Origin: Octopus vulgaris
Taxonomy: Eukaryota
Direction of reading: 5' to 3'
DNA length: 64,000 bases
NCBI GenBank assembly: GCA_951406725.2
Contig: OX597817.1
Location: 165,912,001 to 165,976,000, forward strand
Shown here: in pieces, positions 58,490 through 64,000 of the stretch
How positions within the stretch are numbered: position 1 is the first letter of the stretch
Layout: the number at the start of each line of letters is the position of its first letter
Made by a program: the position numbers and the translations under genes
Notes under the pieces: model-generated
Databases searched by the model: none
What the model saw: the letters and a program-made list of their open reading frames with translations, nothing else
What the model was told of the DNA's origin: nothing

Positions 58490-59545
58490 AAACATTTTAC
58501 CTGTTCTCAGTTTCAGTATTTTTCAAATGCTTGTACAGTGCTTTATCTTTGCAATCTTCCATCCTGCACAAGCCTGACCTTCTCACTTCCAATAATAGCG
58601 GTTCTGTGGCATTTTTTACATACCATGCTATGTTGTTTTCTTATACTCTATTGCTGTGTTCGCATCCAATCAGTACTCATCTCCCACTTTTTCTTGGTAC
58701 ATACAGTCTGTCTGTACCACTATTTGGGTGGAGTATCCCATATCTAGTCAGAAACACCCTTTGTCTTTCTGTCTAAGATTTTTAGTTCGTCTACTGTTCA
58801 TGTGATTACCCCTGCACCATATCTAAGGATTGAAACCGCTCAGGTGTTGATAACTTCAATCTTATTCCGTCCGTTTAATTTTGACTTAAGGATCAGTCTC
58901 AGTTGCGCAAGTAATCCACCTTAAATTTTTTTGTCATTTCTTTCTCCATCAATTTATCCATTTCCAATATCCCCAAGTACATCTCTTCTATCTGCTTCAT
59001 AATCTCCCCCGACGGTATCGCTACCCCATTCATACATTTGATTTTGCCTCTCTTTCAGACTAACACGCCACACTTTTTCAGTCCGAACTCCATTCTGAAA
59101 TCAATACTGAAAGTATTCACCGTATGAACGTGGGAGCTGACTTGGGATTCAGCTTTACCATAAAGTTTGAGGTCATCCATGAATAACAAGTGGTTGACAT
59201 TATGGGGGCGGCTTTTGAATACACACCCAGCCTTTGCTTTCTTCGGGATCAGTCTTAGTGGTGTCATGCAGAGTACAAGGATCAGTGGAGACATGCAGTC
59301 CCCTTGGAAGATGCCTATCTTGATTTCTATTGTCCCTAAACTTCTTCCATATGCTGTCATTTCCGTCTTCCACTTCGCCATACTTTTTCCAACAATCGTT
59401 CATCCTTCTTTGCAATACCAAATAGGTTCATACATTCCATAATCCAAGAATGTGGGATCATATTGTGAGCCTTGCGATAATCGATCCTTGTTATGGCTAA
59501 GTTAGTTTTCCTCCTCTTGCAATCTCTAAGTACAGTTTTGTCTAC
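58490..59545 (-). mobile_element. Decayed R4/Dong-like RT fragment
   Basis: IDYRKAHNMIPHSW; GIFQGDCMSPL; HLLFMDDLKLY; MEFGLKKC; KYLGI; HPNSGTDRLYVPRK. Confidence 0.88.
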
Positions 59546-59549
59546 TGTC

Positions 59550-59844
59550 GGAAAGAAGGAATTGGAGAGGATACTTGCTCTTTGTGTTCAGAGAAATCTT
59601 GGACGGTGGGGTTCCTTGATTATCCCTATAAGTAATCTTGTATCAAGAGGGCTGCATCTCTATTATCTCCCCGATCCCTTTTATTTTACCTTTCTATACT
59701 ACGTATAGGTCCCTTCCTTTCCATTGTATACTGTGTACACTTAGCTTTTTCTTTCTAACATTTCATTATAAGTAAACCCTACACTTTATGTTCGTCTTTT
59801 TATTGTCCCCTGTCATCCATTGCCTTGGTGGCAAATAAACGAAA

Positions 59845-59846
<2 letters not shown>
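59550..59846 (+). mobile_element. Tx1/L1-like 3'UTR ending in (TAT)n
   Basis: Shares ggggttccttgattatccc with 57848; ends ttgtcccctg...gccttggtggcaaataaacgaaatc. Confidence 0.6.
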
Positions 59847-59899
<53 letters not shown>

Positions 59900-60101
59900 T
59901 TTTTTTTTTCTTCTTTCAAATTTGCTTCCATTTCTTGCCGAGTGTCTTCCCGACTCCTAGGGCAAAGAAACTCATAGTGTATATTGGTAGGCCATTAAAC
60001 CAAACTCAGTAGTTCGTTTATTAAAAAAAAATTTTTTTTTAAAGTTAAATTAAAATACATGAGCAGCAACAGTTCTCACTGTTGGCAAATAAACGAAATC
60101 A

Positions 60102-60244
<143 letters not shown>

Positions 60245-60562
60245 GTTATTATTATTATTGTCGACTTAGCCTTTCATCCTTTCGAAACCGATAAAATAAG
60301 TACCAGCTGAGTAGTAGGGCCCATATAATTATAGTTGGAAGCGGTGAAGGAAAGGCGTCAGAAGCAGAAGAAAAGGAAGAAGAAGAAGAAGAAGAAGAAG
60401 AAGAAGAAGAAGAAGAAGAAGAAGAAGAAGAACAACAACAACAACAACAACAACAATAATAATAATGACATCGACAAAAAGGACAGCGAGAACAACAGCA
60501 ACAAGTCACTTTCCTTGCTGCTGCTTCTACTACTGCTGCTGTTGCTGCTTCTGCATCCGAAA

Positions 60563-60612
<50 letters not shown>

Positions 60613-60938
60613 GGTGGTGGCGAGAAGGAAAAGAAGGAGGAAGAAGGAAAGAGAAGAGGGAAAAGAAAGTGAGTGATGATAATAAAAGGAGACTGGAAAG
60701 AAAATGGAGGTGGTTGAATATGAAGAAAATATATACGTTTTACACAAATATGAAAATAAAAAAAAATAAAACTAAAAGAAAACAATAACGGGAAAAAAAA
60801 GACCAAAAAAAACAAAAGAAAGCAAAAGAATTTAAAATAAACAAACGTAGTTAAACTTAAAGAAGCACAAAATTGGTGGATAAGATAAGAATAGAGAAGA
60901 ATATAAAAGATAACAACAACAACAACAACAAAACCAAC

Positions 60939-60973
<35 letters not shown>

Positions 60974-61162
60974 GTGAAATGAAAACGCAAGACCAAGATA
61001 AACTTTACATAGGCACCCCACCCACACACACACACACAGAGGCATAAGCACATACATACACACGTACATACACACACGCATATTTAATACTTGTGTCTAT
61101 GTGTATAAGTATATAATATATGTATGTATATATAGGCATATATATACATATATATATGTGTG

Positions 61163-61250
<88 letters not shown>

Positions 61251-61458
61251 TATATATATGTCTATGTGCGTGCGTGTCAGTGTGTCTATGTGTCTATGTA
61301 TGAAATCGTGTGTGTGTGTGTTTGAACATTTGCATGTGTGTTTCCACAATGAAAGAGCATAAAAACAAACATTTGAACAGGGACTTTGGGGTTTCCGGCC
61401 TGATAGTACATCAGATTTGATAAGAAGATTTAAGAAACCAAAGCAATTGTAAGGACTT

Positions 61459-61495
<37 letters not shown>

Positions 61496-62362
61496 AACTA
61501 CTACTAAGTCAGAGCAGTAGTGGTGGTGGTGGTGGTGATGGTGGTGATGGTTGCTTCTGAAGTTTTTGGCTACCTCGTCTTGATTGTCCTCATCGGATGC
61601 TCTAGTCAAGAGTCTGGAGTCTAGACATTTGCCGTGGTCGTTGTAGCTGCTATTTCTAATCCTCGACACCTTCAGTTCTTGTTTTTGTTGTTTGCTACTG
61701 TTGCTTTTGTTCTTGTTGCTGAATCTCAGGTCAACCATGATCAACAAAATATATCATAAAAATCGTTCCAAACATGACCATCTCGTCTATTTTTATGCAA
61801 TGGGTACTGACTATATTACACTATGCGTCCGTTTTTCATTTCTTTCTATTTTTAGATATGAAGTGTTAGGTGGAAGATTCGGCTGCTACTTCTAGTGTGT
61901 CAACCGACCATGTACAAGCCCGTAGCCGTCCTTCAAGATGTCTTTGTTCGTGCTATTATTATTATTACTACTACTACTACTACTACTACTACTACAACTA
62001 CTACTACTACTACTACTATTATTATTATTATTGTTGTTTTCTTCGCCCTTGTGGCAAATAAATGAAATCATTACTATCATTATTATTATTACTATTGTTG
62101 TTGTTGTTGTTGTTACTATTGCAGCTATGGTTACTGTTACTACTACCATTGCTGGCGCTCCTCTTCCTGTTGGGGTGGCATTTATTATTATTGTTGTTGT
62201 TGCTGTTGCCGTCGTCGTCATGTTTCACGAAGTTTTGCTATTTCCCCCGGGGTCCAGTATCTGCCACACGACCATTCACTTGTGGTTTTCTGCGTTTTGT
62301 ATTATTTTTATATACGTTTATATATGCGGATGTATACATAAACATGTATATTATGTACACAC

Positions 62363-62405
<43 letters not shown>

Positions 62406-62599
62406 CATGATGTATGTATGTGAGTATGTATGTATATACGTATGTATGTAATAACACGTTCACACACATACACACACCGAAATGTATTCCTGTATATGGA
62501 AGTTATATAAGTTTCTCACCCTTATCTCACTCCAACACCCACTTTCTTCTCTTTTCCTTTCCTCTCTCTTCTCTTTTCTTCTTTTCAATGTTGCCCCTC

Positions 62600-62618
62600 T
62601 CTTTCTCTGTATGTATAC

Positions 62619-62651
<33 letters not shown>

Positions 62652-63037
62652 TGTATGTATGTATGTATGTATGTATGTATGTATGTATGTATGTATGTAT
62701 GTATGTATGTATGTATGTATGTGTGTATGTATGTTAGTATGTATGTATGTATGTATGTATGTATGTATGTATGTATATATATATATATACATATAGACAT
62801 TTCGTATACGCATACACACACATCCATACACACTTCCATTTATCCAGCCATTCATGCACTCACACATACCCAGCGTCCATAAATAGCTATACAATCGTAC
62901 ATACTCTCGCATCGGTACATATATACACGAACATATGCATATATATATATATATATATATATAAACTTACATACATACATACATATATACATACGTAGTA
63001 CGTACGTACATAATACATACATACATACATACATACA

Positions 63038-63071
<34 letters not shown>

Positions 63072-63473
63072 CATACATACATACATACATACATACATAC
63101 ATACATACATACATACATACATACATACATACATACATACATACATACATACATACATACATACATACATACATACATACATACGTACATACATACATAC
63201 ATACATACATACATACATACATACATACATACATACATACATGCATACATACATACATACATACATACATACATACATACATACATACATACATACATAC
63301 ATACATTCATACATACATACATACATACATACATACATACATACATACATACATACATACATACATACGTACGTACATACATACATATACATACATACAT
63401 ACATACATACATACATACATACACATACATGCATACATATACACACAAGTATACCTACATACACATACATACG

Positions 63474-63507
<34 letters not shown>

Positions 63508-63625
63508 CATACATACGTACATACATACATACATACATACATACATACATACACACATACATACATACATACATACATACATACACACATACATACATAC
63601 ATACATACATACACACATACATACA

Positions 63626-63657
<32 letters not shown>

Positions 63658-63752
63658 CATACATACGTACATACATACATACATACATACATACATACAT
63701 ACATACATACATACATACATACGTACGTACGTACGTACGTACGTACGTACAT
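62600..63752. repeat. (TATG)n/(CATA)n tetranucleotide arrays in opposite orientation
   Basis: Direct reading. Confidence 0.95.
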
Positions 63753-63961
63753 AAGTACGCAGAGCCAATTTAACAGTAGCATAAGCTCCCAGGCAAATCA
63801 GTCCACTGGACCTGCTAGTATTTATTTATTTATTTATTGACAGCAAACCATGGCATATGTAGTTCCGAATTGGGCCTCTAGGCGCGTGAAGCACCTGAGT
63901 AACTGTCCAGCGTGCCCAGGCCTTAAAACGCAACTACAAATACTCAATCGCTTATACATGT

Positions 63962-64000
63962 AGGCGTAGGAGTGGCTGTGTGCTAAGTAGCTTGCTTACC
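63962..64000 (+). mobile_element. SINE A head (cut by window end)
   Basis: aggcgtaggagtggctgtgtgctaagtagcttgcttacc. Confidence 0.85.

Noticed and set aside
61430-61747. 105-aa ORF with poly-His
   Set aside because: It is low complexity, ends in microsatellites, and has no splice or homology support.

Overview
Eukaryotic, AT-rich, microsatellite-saturated DNA with no recognisable host protein-coding gene. Almost all ORFs in the track are translations of (TA)n, (TACA)n, (TAA)n, (CAT)n or (TAC)n tracts. The mix of repeats suggests an octopus or other coleoid cephalopod intergenic or intronic region (inference). Supported content: three recurrent tRNA-headed SINE families (here A, B, C); 5'-truncated or decayed LINEs of several clades (CR1-like, R4/Dong-like, Tx1/L1-like, RNase H-bearing I/Ingi-like); Penelope-like element (PLE) remnants; a Chapaev3-like transposase relic; Helitron-like non-autonomous elements; and a hAT MITE with an 8-bp TSD. 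Main observations: (1) about a dozen short non-coding units carry minimal type-I hammerhead-ribozyme motifs, often in inverted or foldback form inside microsatellites, including a recurrent non-canonical core (CTGTYGA). (2) A covarying 3' stem-loop + GAAAC is shared by three CR1-like families and SINE A. (3) One SINE head occurs with four different bodies or tails, and one SINE B tail matches Tx1-like 3' ends. (4) An unclassified ~650-bp (TAA)n-embedded element has a five-fold reiterated 24-bp end. Coordinates were read by eye, and the boundaries of decayed elements are approximate.
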